Shown: piece after piece, positions 1 through 8,628 of the stretch | How the letters are laid out: the number at the start of each line of letters is the position of its first letter | How positions within the stretch are numbered: the first letter of the stretch is position 1 | Assembly (NCBI GenBank): GCA_965267575.1 | Contig: OZ254086.1 | Span: 288,001-352,000, forward strand | DNA: 64,000 nucleotides | Direction of reading: 5' to 3' | From: Calditrichales bacterium | Lineage (GTDB): Bacteria > Calditrichota > Calditrichia > Calditrichales > J004 | Made by a program: the position numbers and the translations under genes | The notes under the pieces: generated by a model | What the model was told of the DNA's origin: nothing | Database searches by the model: none | What the model saw: only the letters and a program-made list of their open reading frames with translations

Positions 1-2
1 AA

Positions 3-326
3 AACGCTGACCAGCTCTTGACCAATTCGACCTTGACCAAAATGAAGCAAATTGGAGAGCAATTTAAAGGGAAACCATATGACATTTACTTTGAGTGGTC
101 AGACGACAAAATCTATTGCTCTGAACTCGTTTGGAAAATTTACAAGCAAGCAACAGACATTGAAATCGGAGAACTTGAGCAACTATCAGACTTTGACTTA
201 ACAAATGATATTGTGAAAGCTAAAATGAAAGAAAGATATGGAGACAGTATCCCAATGGACGAAAAAGTGATTTCTCCGGCTGCTATGTTCAATTCAGACA
301 AACTCGTAACAGTCAAAACCAACTGA
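3..326 (+). CDS. YiiX/YebB-like permuted papain (NlpC/P60) family protein, 5'-truncated by window edge
   Basis: Frame open to the left edge; motif GKPYD..F.WSDDKIYCSELVWKIY. Confidence 0.8.
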   Translation, partial: NADQLLTNSTLTKMKQIGEQFKGKPYDIYFEWSDDKIYCSELVWKIYKQATDIEIGELEQLSDFDLTNDIVKAKMKERYGDSIPMDEKVISPAAMFNSDKLVTVKTN

Positions 327-328
327 CA

Positions 329-679
329 ATGAAAAAATGGGTTTTCAGAATATCGATTTTGCTCAACATAGCCTTACTAATTGGCTGGGGTTTAAGCAGT
401 CTAAATAGACCTTCATACAAATTAGGCCGTTTAGAAAAGGATATTACAGTTGGCAACTTTATGGGAGACTCTCTCTTATTTACGTTACCAAAAGGACTGA
501 CAGTAAGAAATGCTTCAGAGCGCGGACTAAATGCAATTGGACAGTTTGAAAATAAAAGATTTCAAATCGTAATTTCTTCAGATGATGAACTTGTAAATTA
601 TGATTTACCACTTGACAGTTTAGGTCCGAATGGCAATTACTATTCGGCTGACTTTGACAAGTATAACAATGAAAAATAA
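329..679 (+). CDS. hypothetical protein with N-terminal hydrophobic anchor (cassette gene)
   Basis: 116 aa ORF, hydrophobic N-terminus, stop lies just before an attC-like site. Confidence 0.7.
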   Translation: MKKWVFRISILLNIALLIGWGLSSLNRPSYKLGRLEKDITVGNFMGDSLLFTLPKGLTVRNASERGLNAIGQFENKRFQIVISSDDELVNYDLPLDSLGPNGNYYSADFDKYNNEK

Positions 680-688
680 AAAATACGT

Positions 689-751
689 GTGGCAACAACG
701 GCTATAGCACATGCCCTTCGGGACACGTGCCATAGCCAAACCGTTGTGCGT
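689..751 (+). repeat. non-canonical attC-like recombination site 1
   Basis: GTGGCAAC-aac-GGCTATaGCACaTG...CAcGTGCcATAGCC-aaacc-GTTGTGCGT. Confidence 0.8.
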
Positions 752-871
752 CACCCTGAAAACCCACCGCACATTTAACACATTTGGTTTTTTGCCGACA
801 CAAAAGCCATCCCTAAAAAACCAAAAGAGCTAAATCACCCACCGCTGACAAAGACGAACTGTTAAAAACTA

Positions 872-913
872 TATTTAAGAATTTGCTTAAATAAGAAACA
901 ATTTGTATCTTTG
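872..913 (+). promoter_or_regulatory. Bacteroidota-type promoter (TTTG-N20-TATCTTTG) overlapped by a likely ArsR operator
   Basis: TTTG 882-885, TAnnTTTG 906-913; inverted repeat TATTTAAG-N6-CTTAAATA 872-893 upstream of the ArsR gene. Confidence 0.65.
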
Positions 914-992
914 CTGCGTTATTAAATCCTAAACAGGAAACCGCAAGGTTCAATCTGACTGATTAAAACAATTAAAAAAACAGATTAATATT

Positions 993-1370
993 ATGGAAAA
1001 CAATCAATCGTGTATCAGAGTGTTTGCCGACAAGGTTCAAATAGACAATTGTAGAGAAATACTTCAAACCAATGACAAGGCATTCAGCCAACTGAGTGGA
1101 CTTTTAGCATTGGCAGGAAACGAAGTAAGGTTGAAAATCTTATTTCTCTTAGAAGAAGAAAACGAGCTTTGTCCTTGCGACCTTTCAGACATTCTCGGAA
1201 TGAGCATCCCTGCCGTTTCGCAACACCTCAGAAAACTAAAAGACGGAAACGTCATTGAAGGAAGAAGAGAAGGACAGACCATTTTCTACTCTTTGAAACA
1301 AGAGCAACTGACTTTACTTCGACCATTTTTTAAACACATCATAAACAATTCAAAAAAGGAAACAGTATGA
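993..1370 (+). CDS. ArsR/SmtB family metalloregulator
   Basis: RLKILFLL...ELCPCDL...SIPAVSQHLRKLK HTH signature. Confidence 0.9.
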   Translation: MENNQSCIRVFADKVQIDNCREILQTNDKAFSQLSGLLALAGNEVRLKILFLLEEENELCPCDLSDILGMSIPAVSQHLRKLKDGNVIEGRREGQTIFYSLKQEQLTLLRPFFKHIINNSKKETV

Positions 1371-1972
1371 ACAAGAAAAACAACAGACTTGTCGGAGCGG
1401 GAGTACTTTCGGCAGTAGCAGCATCACTTTGCTGCATTACACCTGTATTGGCTCTTATTTCAGGAGCATCAGGCGTGGCATCTACATTTTCGTGGATGGA
1501 ACCAGCAAGACCTTATCTTATCGGTATCACCGTTTTGGTGTTAGGCTTTGCTTGGTATCAGAAACTCAAACCACGAACAGCCGAAGAAATCCAATGTGAT
1601 TGCGAAGATGACGAAAAGAAACCCTTTATGCAGACCAAAACATTTTTGGGAATTGTAACCGTGTTTGCAGCCTTGATGCTCGCTTTTCCAAACTATGCAC
1701 ATATTTTCTATCCTTCAAACGACAATAAGGAAGTTGTAATCGTCAATGCCTCTGACATCCAAACAGTAACTTTTGATGTAAAAGGAATGACTTGCACTGG
1801 TTGTGCTTCACACGTAGAAAATGACGTTAACAAATTACCAAGCATTGTTAAGGTAGATGCGATTTATGAAGAAGCGACTGCCAAAGTAGAATTTGACCAA
1901 ACTAAAGTGAGTGTTGCTCAAATTGAAGAAGCCATCAACGGTACAGGTTACAAAGTGGTTGGCAAGAAATAG
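1367..1972 (+). CDS. merTP: mercuric transport protein, MerT-MerP fusion
   Basis: ASLCCITP transmembrane Cys pair plus C-terminal GMTCTGC HMA domain; upstream of merA. Confidence 0.88.
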   Translation: MNKKNNRLVGAGVLSAVAASLCCITPVLALISGASGVASTFSWMEPARPYLIGITVLVLGFAWYQKLKPRTAEEIQCDCEDDEKKPFMQTKTFLGIVTVFAALMLAFPNYAHIFYPSNDNKEVVIVNASDIQTVTFDVKGMTCTGCASHVENDVNKLPSIVKVDAIYEEATAKVEFDQTKVSVAQIEEAINGTGYKVVGKK

Positions 1973-2019
1973 TATTTTTTTGCCTCTCGTATTTAAGAAC
2001 TTAATTAAATAATTACGCA

Positions 2020-2382
2020 ATGAAAAAGAATAATTTGATTCTATTATGTGCTTTGTTCCTTATTCGAATTAGTCAGGTCAATGCTCAATGTTGCAAACCG
2101 ACTGACAATAAAGCACAAACAACAAGTTCGATCCAGCAAGAAGGAAAAACCCTGATAGTGAAAATCACGGGAATGACTTGTGCAGGTTGTTCCAACCATA
2201 TCTCAAATGCCCTCAAAGAAGTGGAGGGAATTATGTAACACAAAGTGGAATATCCGGGCGATTTGGCAATTATTCAATACGACCCGAAGAAAACAAATCC
2301 TGATGCTATCATCAAGGTTATTGAACAGACAGGCTATAAAGCCGAAATCATAAAAGAAACTCAAAAAAAGAAATCATTATGA
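2020..2382 (+). pseudogene. secreted HMA (MerP-like) protein with internal TAA at 2236-2238
   Basis: Signal peptide and GMTCAGC; frame continues past TAA (HKVEYPGDLAIIQYDP...GYKAE) to TGA 2380-2382 overlapping the merA ATG. Confidence 0.8.
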
Positions 2383-4031
2383 ACAAAGAAACCATAAAAC
2401 TTGACATCACAGGTATGACCTGCGACCACTGTGCCACAAGCATTGAAAAACTACTTTCTAAAAATGAAGGTGTAAAAGAAGCTAATGTGAGCTATCCAAA
2501 AGCCACTTGTGAATGTTCTTTTGACCCTGCCAAAACCAGCAAAGAAGAAATCATCAACACCATCAACGGCACGAAAAACTATCGTGTAAAAAGTGAAATC
2601 CCAGAAAATGGAAGCAGTGGCAAAAACCAATTTGACCTTATAATAATAGGTGGCGGTTCGGCTGCATTTTCGGCAGCTATCAAAGCGGAAAGTTTAGGTC
2701 TATCGACTTTAATGGTAAACGGTGGATTGGACTTTGGCGGGACTTGCGTCAATGTGGGTTGTGTACCTTCTAAAAACCTAATCCGTGCAGGTGAAACTGC
2801 TCATCACGCTACGCATTCCAACTTTGAAGGCATCAAACCAATAGGAGTTGACATTGATTTTGCTCAAATCATCAAAGACAAGAAAAAATTAGTAGCCACA
2901 CTTCAAGAGAAAAAATATATGGATGTGGTGAGCGATTTTGAAAACCTGACTATGTTAAAAGGTTGGGCAAAATTCAAAGACCCAAAAACCATTGTAGTGG
3001 ACGGCAAGGAATATAAAGCCATCAAATTTTTAATAGCCACGGGAGCTACTACCAACATCCCGACTATTGAAAGATTGGACAAAATTGACTATTTGACAAA
3101 TGTTTCTCTTTTCGATTTGGAAGAAAAACCCGAAAGCCTGACCATTATGGGAGCAGGTTACATCGGCTTGGAAATCGCAATGGCTTACAATCGTTTAGGC
3201 GTAAAAGTCCGCATCATTGAATTTACCGACCGAGTATTACGGACACAAACCCCCGACATCAGCGAAGCATTGGAAACCCAAATGCGAAAAGAAGGTATTG
3301 AAATCTTACCAAATTTCAGAGCCGTAAAATTCGAGAAACAAGGAAATGAAACCATCATTCACTGTAAATGTCCTGACGGTTCATTTACGCAAATAGTAGA
3401 AAATGGGAAGGTCGTAATTGCCACAGGAACAAAAGCCAATACAAACCAATTAGGAATAGAAAACATTGGTTTGGAACTCACCAAAAGCGGACATATCGCT
3501 GTAAATGAAAAGATGGAAACTAATCTATCCCACATTTACGCAGCAGGTGACGTAACCAACACCCCTGCATTTGTTTACACAGCCGCCTTTGAAGGAAAAA
3601 TAGCCATTGAAAATGCTTTTTCAGGAACAGAAAACAAAGCCGATTATTCCTCTTTACCTTGGGTAGTTTTTACTGACCCACAAGTTGCAGGTGCAGGTTT
3701 AGACGAAGCACAGGCAGAAGTCAAAGGCATTCCGTTTGAAGTTTCAAAATTGGAACTGAAAGACGTGCCAAGAGCAATTGCAGCAAATGACACAAGGGGA
3801 TTTATCAAACTCATTCGCAACACCGAAACGGACAAATTGATAGGAGCGAGAGTGGTCGCACCCGAAGGCGGAGAACTTATCCAACAATTAAGTATGGCAA
3901 TCAAATACGGAATAACGGTGAAAGACTTAGCAGACAGTTTCTACCCTTATTTGACTTTGGGAGAAGGCATAAAATTAGCAGCCATAACTTTCGGAAAAGA
4001 CGTATCGAAATTAAGTTGCTGTGCCAGTTAA
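2379..4031 (+). CDS. merA: mercury(II) reductase
   Basis: N-terminal GMTCDHC HMA domain, GGTCVNVGCVPSK redox centre, C-terminal vicinal CC. Confidence 0.95.
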   Translation: MNKETIKLDITGMTCDHCATSIEKLLSKNEGVKEANVSYPKATCECSFDPAKTSKEEIINTINGTKNYRVKSEIPENGSSGKNQFDLIIIGGGSAAFSAAIKAESLGLSTLMVNGGLDFGGTCVNVGCVPSKNLIRAGETAHHATHSNFEGIKPIGVDIDFAQIIKDKKKLVATLQEKKYMDVVSDFENLTMLKGWAKFKDPKTIVVDGKEYKAIKFLIATGATTNIPTIERLDKIDYLTNVSLFDLEEKPESLTIMGAGYIGLEIAMAYNRLGVKVRIIEFTDRVLRTQTPDISEALETQMRKEGIEILPNFRAVKFEKQGNETIIHCKCPDGSFTQIVENGKVVIATGTKANTNQLGIENIGLELTKSGHIAVNEKMETNLSHIYAAGDVTNTPAFVYTAAFEGKIAIENAFSGTENKADYSSLPWVVFTDPQVAGAGLDEAQAEVKGIPFEVSKLELKDVPRAIAANDTRGFIKLIRNTETDKLIGARVVAPEGGELIQQLSMAIKYGITVKDLADSFYPYLTLGEGIKLAAITFGKDVSKLSCCAS

Positions 4032-4166
4032 TCCGACCCAAAGGCACACACTCTTGCAACTCGCACCAGCCAACGCTTGACCAAAAATTGCAAGAGAGAG
4101 TGCCTTCCCTACCCCAAAAAATCCTACCTTTGAAAATTGACTAAACCGACTTAAAATAAAGGGCGA

Positions 4167-4299
4167 ACGCACAACATTGTGTATAAGCAATAGCGGGTGA
4201 AGTGGTAAATCGAAGGTCTGTGTCTTTTATAAACATTGTGCTAAACTGAAAGTTTTGTACTTTTAAATCCGCTACTGCTCATACACTTGACCGTTAAAC
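4167..4299 (+). repeat. non-canonical attC-like recombination site 2
   Basis: ACGCACAAC-att-GTGTATaAGCAaTAGCGG...CCGCTAcTGCTcATACAC-ttgacc-GTTAAAC. Confidence 0.8.
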
Positions 4300-4327
4300 T
4301 AAAATAAACAACCCAATCATATCCCCC

Positions 4328-4410
4328 TTCCCCCACACAACTTTCAATAAAATCCGTTATGCCGTCACGAACCGCCAGGGACATATGAATAATGCCGCGT
4401 TTAACCTTCC
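4328..4410 (+). pseudogene. relic 5' fragment of an acyl-CoA thioesterase gene
   Basis: Translates FPHTTFNKIRYAVTNRQGHMNNAAF versus FPVKTFDKIRYADTDCQGHVNNAAF in the gene at 5654. Confidence 0.7.
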
Positions 4411-4551
4411 GGTCAGAACGGCAAAACCACACTGCTGACAGAATGATGCTAAAAGAAGCTGTCACTGGTTCCTCACGGGTGGCAAATCCTGAACCCACGG
4501 GCAACTCTTCCATTCGTAATTTTCACATTCCTAATTCGTAATTGAATACAC

Positions 4552-4581
4552 TTGTATGTTTCCTGTGGCGCAGATATTTTC
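4552..4581 (+). promoter_or_regulatory. sigma70-like promoter, copy 1 (TTGTAT-N17-TATTTT)
   Basis: 24 of 30 bases identical to 13165-13194; both precede MDR dehydrogenase genes. Confidence 0.55.
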
Positions 4582-4636
4582 GGTTTAATTAAATAGCCCA
4601 TAACTACAGGCCGGCTACACGGAAAGCATTCTCATC

Positions 4637-5629
4637 ATGTCCGAAGAAAATAATCTTATGAAAGCCTTTAGATTTAAGAAATACGGGTTGCCCACTGTGC
4701 TTGAGATTGAAGAAGTTGCAAAACCGGTACCGGGCGACGAGGAGGTGCTGGTGAAAATCCACGCCGCTGCCATCAATGACTCGGATTGGGGACTGGTAAG
4801 GGGCAAGCCATTTGTGATTCGTCTGTTCTACGGTCTTAAAAAACCAAAAATAAATATTCCGGGCGTGGATATTTCAGGCAAAGTAGAAGCGCTGGGCAGT
4901 AACGTGAATTCCTTCAAAGTCGGTGATGAGATTTACTGCGACTTGTCGGAATGCGGCTTTGGCGGGTTTGCCGAATATGTGTGTGTTCCGGAAAAAGTAT
5001 TATCCAAAAAGCCTTCCAACATTAGTTTTAATGATGCCGCTGCTCTGCCCCACGCCAGTCTGCTGGCACTTCAGGGACTGGTGGAAAAGGGAAAGGTCAA
5101 ATCCGGACAGAGTGTCCTCATCAACGGTGCCGGGGGAGGTGTGGGCACCCTGGGACTGCAAATCTTAAAATCATACGAGCTCAAAACTACAGGCGTCGAC
5201 AGCGACGAAAAACTTGATATGATGAAAGCGTTGGGATTTGACAACGTGATCGATTATAAAAAGGTGGACTTCACCGAAACCGGAGAAAAGTATGACCTGA
5301 TCCTTGATGCAAAATCAAACAGGTCCGTATTTAAATACGCTCGCTCGCTCAAAAAGAACGGCACTTACGTCACAGTCGGTGGATCGATGTACCGGTTGTT
5401 CGAAATACTATTGCTGGGGTCACTCATTTCGCTTTTCAGCAGCAAGAAGCTGAGCGTACTGGGCCTTAAACCCAATAAGGGACTGGACCGGATTTCCGAT
5501 CTTGTGGAAAAGGGACAAATAAAACCTGTTGTTGACGGCCCCTATAAGTTTGATGAAATCCCGCGGCTGCTTCAATACTTTGGTGAAGGCAGGCACAAGG
5601 GAAAGATTGTGGTTGAAATAAAAAAATAA
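4637..5629 (+). CDS. NAD(P)-dependent MDR-family oxidoreductase (alcohol dehydrogenase/quinone reductase-like)
   Basis: GroES-like N-domain, GGFAEYVCV, INGAGGGVG, C-terminal GKIVV. Confidence 0.9.
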   Translation: MSEENNLMKAFRFKKYGLPTVLEIEEVAKPVPGDEEVLVKIHAAAINDSDWGLVRGKPFVIRLFYGLKKPKINIPGVDISGKVEALGSNVNSFKVGDEIYCDLSECGFGGFAEYVCVPEKVLSKKPSNISFNDAAALPHASLLALQGLVEKGKVKSGQSVLINGAGGGVGTLGLQILKSYELKTTGVDSDEKLDMMKALGFDNVIDYKKVDFTETGEKYDLILDAKSNRSVFKYARSLKKNGTYVTVGGSMYRLFEILLLGSLISLFSSKKLSVLGLKPNKGLDRISDLVEKGQIKPVVDGPYKFDEIPRLLQYFGEGRHKGKIVVEIKK

Positions 5630-5653
5630 TGTCACAAAAAACGATATACTCCG

Positions 5654-6085
5654 ATGAATTATCCAGGCTTAAATACCTTCCCTGTTAAAACCTTCGATAA
5701 AATCCGCTATGCCGATACGGACTGCCAGGGGCATGTGAACAATGCCGCTTTTTTGACCTTCCTGGAAACGGGCCGCGTGGAGATTTTATACAACCCCGAA
5801 AACGCCCTTCTCGCGCAAGGGGCCAGCTTTGTCATTGCCTCTCTGAAGCTGGATTTTCTGAAAGAGATCAACTGGCCCGGCCGGGTGGATATCGGCACGG
5901 GGATTTCCAAAATCGGCAACAGCTCGATCACCTTTTACCAGCAGCTGTTTCAAAACGGAGCCTGTGTCGCAAGTGCTGAAACGGTTATTGTGCAGGTAGA
6001 TGACAATAATGGCAAAAGCAAGCCTTTAACGGAGGGCGCAAAGAAAAGGCTGGCCGCTTGGCTGTTGGCCGAGAGCAAAGCCTGA
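5654..6085 (+). CDS. acyl-CoA thioesterase (4HBT/hotdog family)
   Basis: RYADTD..GHVNNA motif. Confidence 0.9.
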   Translation: MNYPGLNTFPVKTFDKIRYADTDCQGHVNNAAFLTFLETGRVEILYNPENALLAQGASFVIASLKLDFLKEINWPGRVDIGTGISKIGNSSITFYQQLFQNGACVASAETVIVQVDDNNGKSKPLTEGAKKRLAAWLLAESKA

Positions 6086-6133
6086 ATGGGTAGAGTAATC
6101 TTCAAACGCATCAGGTATGATTTGTTTTTTATT

Positions 6134-6220
6134 TTTAACAAGATATATTCCGTGTCACACGAAACTAAAACCAATACATATTCGCGTTATACGCATTCGT
6201 ATAGCAAGACGTTGGGGGCA
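6134..6220 (+). repeat. degenerate attC-like site
   Basis: TTTAAC (complements GTTAAA at 4293) ... GTATAGC-aagac-GTTGGGGGCA; stem poorly preserved. Confidence 0.5.
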
Positions 6221-6279
6221 ATGTAGAAACGAACGACACAGAACAAGGTAAGCCGACAAATTAGAAGTAAATTAGCAGC

Positions 6280-7578
6280 ATGGAAAATGAAGTACAAGAA
6301 CCTCAATTAGAACTCTTCAAAAGAGAGACAAATAATAACGGAAAGGCAGATTTGACTTCAACCTTTGCAGACAACATGAAACTGCCTATTCATAGGTGGT
6401 ACAGGTATACAGCAGGCTTCTCAGGACCTTGGGTAAGAGAATTGATTGAAAGTGAAAATGGACAAAACGTACTCGACCCTTTCGGTGGCTCGGGTACAGT
6501 GATGCTTGAAGGTGAATACGCAGGAATTAATTCAATTGGAATTGAAGCTCATCCTTACGTTTATAGAATCGCAAAGGCAAAACTATCTTGGCAAATAGAC
6601 CCTAAAGATTTCAAAGAATCTGCAAAACAGCTACTCGAAAAAGCTAAGTCAAAGAGAATCGATAAAAAGGAGTATCCTAAACTTATTGAGAAGTGCTATC
6701 CCATTGAAATACTCGAAAAACTTGAAGCATTAAAAGTAGCTTGGATCGAATCAACAGATGACACAATTCTCAAAGAACTCAATTGGTTTGTTATCACAGC
6801 CATTCTCAGAACAACTTCGCCAGTTGGAACTGCACAATGGCAATATATTCAACCTTCAAAGACCAAAGGAAAAGTCATTGATGTGTTTCATGCTTTTGAA
6901 GCTAAGGTGTACGAAATGGCTCAGGACATGCAAAATATGCAAAGACGTTTTCCCAACGCAACAAAGAGCGAAATTTTCATGGAAGATGCCAGACATATGC
7001 CTTCCGTTGCAGACAATTGGGCCGATCTTGTAATAACGTCTCCACCTTACGCTAACAATTATGACTATGCAGATGCGACAAGACTTGAAATGACTTTTTG
7101 GGGAGACATTGATGGATGGGGAGATCTGCAAGAGAAGGTTAGAAAATTTCTTGTAACTGCTTGCACACAACATGTTACTAGCTTAAAGGATAAAGCGTCC
7201 GAGATATTAGAATCGCCATTGTTGACACCAATTAGACAAGAGATTACTGATGTGTTTAATGAATTGGCTGAAACAAGGTTAACTCGGGGTGGCAAAAAGA
7301 ATTATCACTTAATGATAATTGCATATTTCAAAGACCTTGCGGAAGTATTTCACGAGTTAAGAAGAGTAACAAAGAAGGGATGTAAGGTATGTTTTGTCGT
7401 TGGCGACAGTGCTCCATACGGAGTTTATGTGCCAGTCGATAAATGGTTAGGTGAACTTGCAGTTTATGCAGGTTTTGAATCATACGAATTTGAAAAACTT
7501 CGTGATCGTAATACAAAATGGAAAAACAGAAAACATAGAGTCCCTTTGCATGAAGGAAGACTTTGGATAAAAGGATAA
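6280..7578 (+). CDS. amino-DNA methyltransferase (probably N4-cytosine, alpha motif order)
   Basis: Motif I LDPFGGSGT precedes motif IV ITSPPY. Confidence 0.88.
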   Translation: MENEVQEPQLELFKRETNNNGKADLTSTFADNMKLPIHRWYRYTAGFSGPWVRELIESENGQNVLDPFGGSGTVMLEGEYAGINSIGIEAHPYVYRIAKAKLSWQIDPKDFKESAKQLLEKAKSKRIDKKEYPKLIEKCYPIEILEKLEALKVAWIESTDDTILKELNWFVITAILRTTSPVGTAQWQYIQPSKTKGKVIDVFHAFEAKVYEMAQDMQNMQRRFPNATKSEIFMEDARHMPSVADNWADLVITSPPYANNYDYADATRLEMTFWGDIDGWGDLQEKVRKFLVTACTQHVTSLKDKASEILESPLLTPIRQEITDVFNELAETRLTRGGKKNYHLMIIAYFKDLAEVFHELRRVTKKGCKVCFVVGDSAPYGVYVPVDKWLGELAVYAGFESYEFEKLRDRNTKWKNRKHRVPLHEGRLWIKG

Positions 7579-8456
7579 TGGCAAAATCACCAGCACATAA
7601 ATGGGGGCAAATAATAGGAGACTTTCTTGAAGAAGTCTTTGCTACTGAACTTTCAAAGTTTGCCCGAAAACATAAGTTATACTTAGACACTCAAGGCGAC
7701 CGTCCGGCTCGATCAGGGAAAAAGGTGAGTTGGATTGACACATTTGAAAATTCTCATGACTTGGATTTTGTTCTTGAAAGAAATGGAACGAAAAACAAAA
7801 TTGGAGACCCAGTTGCATTCATTGAAAGTGCTTGGAGAAGGTACACCAAGCATTCAAGAAATAAAGCTCAAGAAATCCAAGGTGCTATTTTACCATTAGT
7901 AGCTACACATAAGAATTTTGCTCCTTTTATGGGAGTTATGTTAGCAGGAGAATTTACAGGCGGAGCATTGAATCAATTAAGATCATTAGGCTTCCATGTT
8001 CTTTACTTCCCTTATGATTTGATTCTTCAGGCATATAAAAAGTATGGCATAGATGCAAGCACTGAAGAAAACACGACTGAGAAAGATTTTCAAAATAAAA
8101 TTGACAAGTGGGAGAAATTTGATGATAAAAAGAAGTTGGCCAATTACCTTCTGAGACTGAATAAGGTTGAAGTAGAAACTTTTTTTGAAAGTCTTGAAAA
8201 GGCCGTATCAAGGTATATCGAATCAATTAGTGTTTTGCCTTTGCATGGAGCTTCAAATACTTTGACAACGGTTAAAGAAGCGATAGACTTTATTGAAAGC
8301 TACCAAAACGAAAATGGAAGCCTTCCTGTTTTGAAATACGAAATTGTAGTTCGATACAATAACAAGGACAAGGTTGAAGGTATTTTCAATTCAAAAGAAT
8401 CTGCAATTGAGTTTCTTGAGTCGTATGCTGCTCCTAAACCTAAGGACAAAAAATAA
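7578..8456 (+). CDS. putative type II restriction endonuclease
   Basis: TAATG coupling to the MTase; acidic nuclease-like stretch HDLDFVLE...AFIESAWRRYTKH; role inferred from context. Confidence 0.65.
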   Translation: MAKSPAHKWGQIIGDFLEEVFATELSKFARKHKLYLDTQGDRPARSGKKVSWIDTFENSHDLDFVLERNGTKNKIGDPVAFIESAWRRYTKHSRNKAQEIQGAILPLVATHKNFAPFMGVMLAGEFTGGALNQLRSLGFHVLYFPYDLILQAYKKYGIDASTEENTTEKDFQNKIDKWEKFDDKKKLANYLLRLNKVEVETFFESLEKAVSRYIESISVLPLHGASNTLTTVKEAIDFIESYQNENGSLPVLKYEIVVRYNNKDKVEGIFNSKESAIEFLESYAAPKPKDKK

Positions 8457-8464
8457 AAAAACAC

Positions 8465-8601
8465 TGCCCCCAACAATGGGTATAAAACATAGGGCGGATA
8501 GTGGTTTCCGCAAATTTCGGGTTCTTAGCAAGCTTAGTCTCGGTGGACAAGTTCGCAGCTCCGAAATGCCCTACGTTTCATACCCGAGACCGTTGTGGCT
8601 A
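8465..8601 (+). repeat. non-canonical attC-like recombination site 3
   Basis: TGCCCCCAAC-aat-GGGTATaAAACaTAGGGC...GCCCTAcGTTTcATACCC-gagacc-GTTGTGGCTA. Confidence 0.8.
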
Positions 8602-8628
8602 ATTTAAAACCTGTCGTTCCAGAATTTT

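Larger units (their letters stand above)
744..4293 (+). mobile_element. gene cassette carrying a mercury-resistance operon
   Basis: GTTGTGCGT (743-751) is the reverse complement of ACGCACAAC (4167-4175). Confidence 0.75.
6212..8592 (+). mobile_element. gene cassette carrying a restriction-modification pair
   Basis: GTTGGGGGCA (6211-6220) is the reverse complement of TGCCCCCAAC (8465-8474). Confidence 0.75.

Noticed and set aside
2236-2238. Programmed readthrough or recoding
   Set aside because: The codon is TAA rather than TGA/TAG, and TAA ends many other genes here; mutation or error is simpler.
4241-8607. ORFs 4241-4513(-) and 8374-8607(+), and likewise 44203-44481(-)
   Set aside because: They run through recombination-site hairpins and lack protein-like features.
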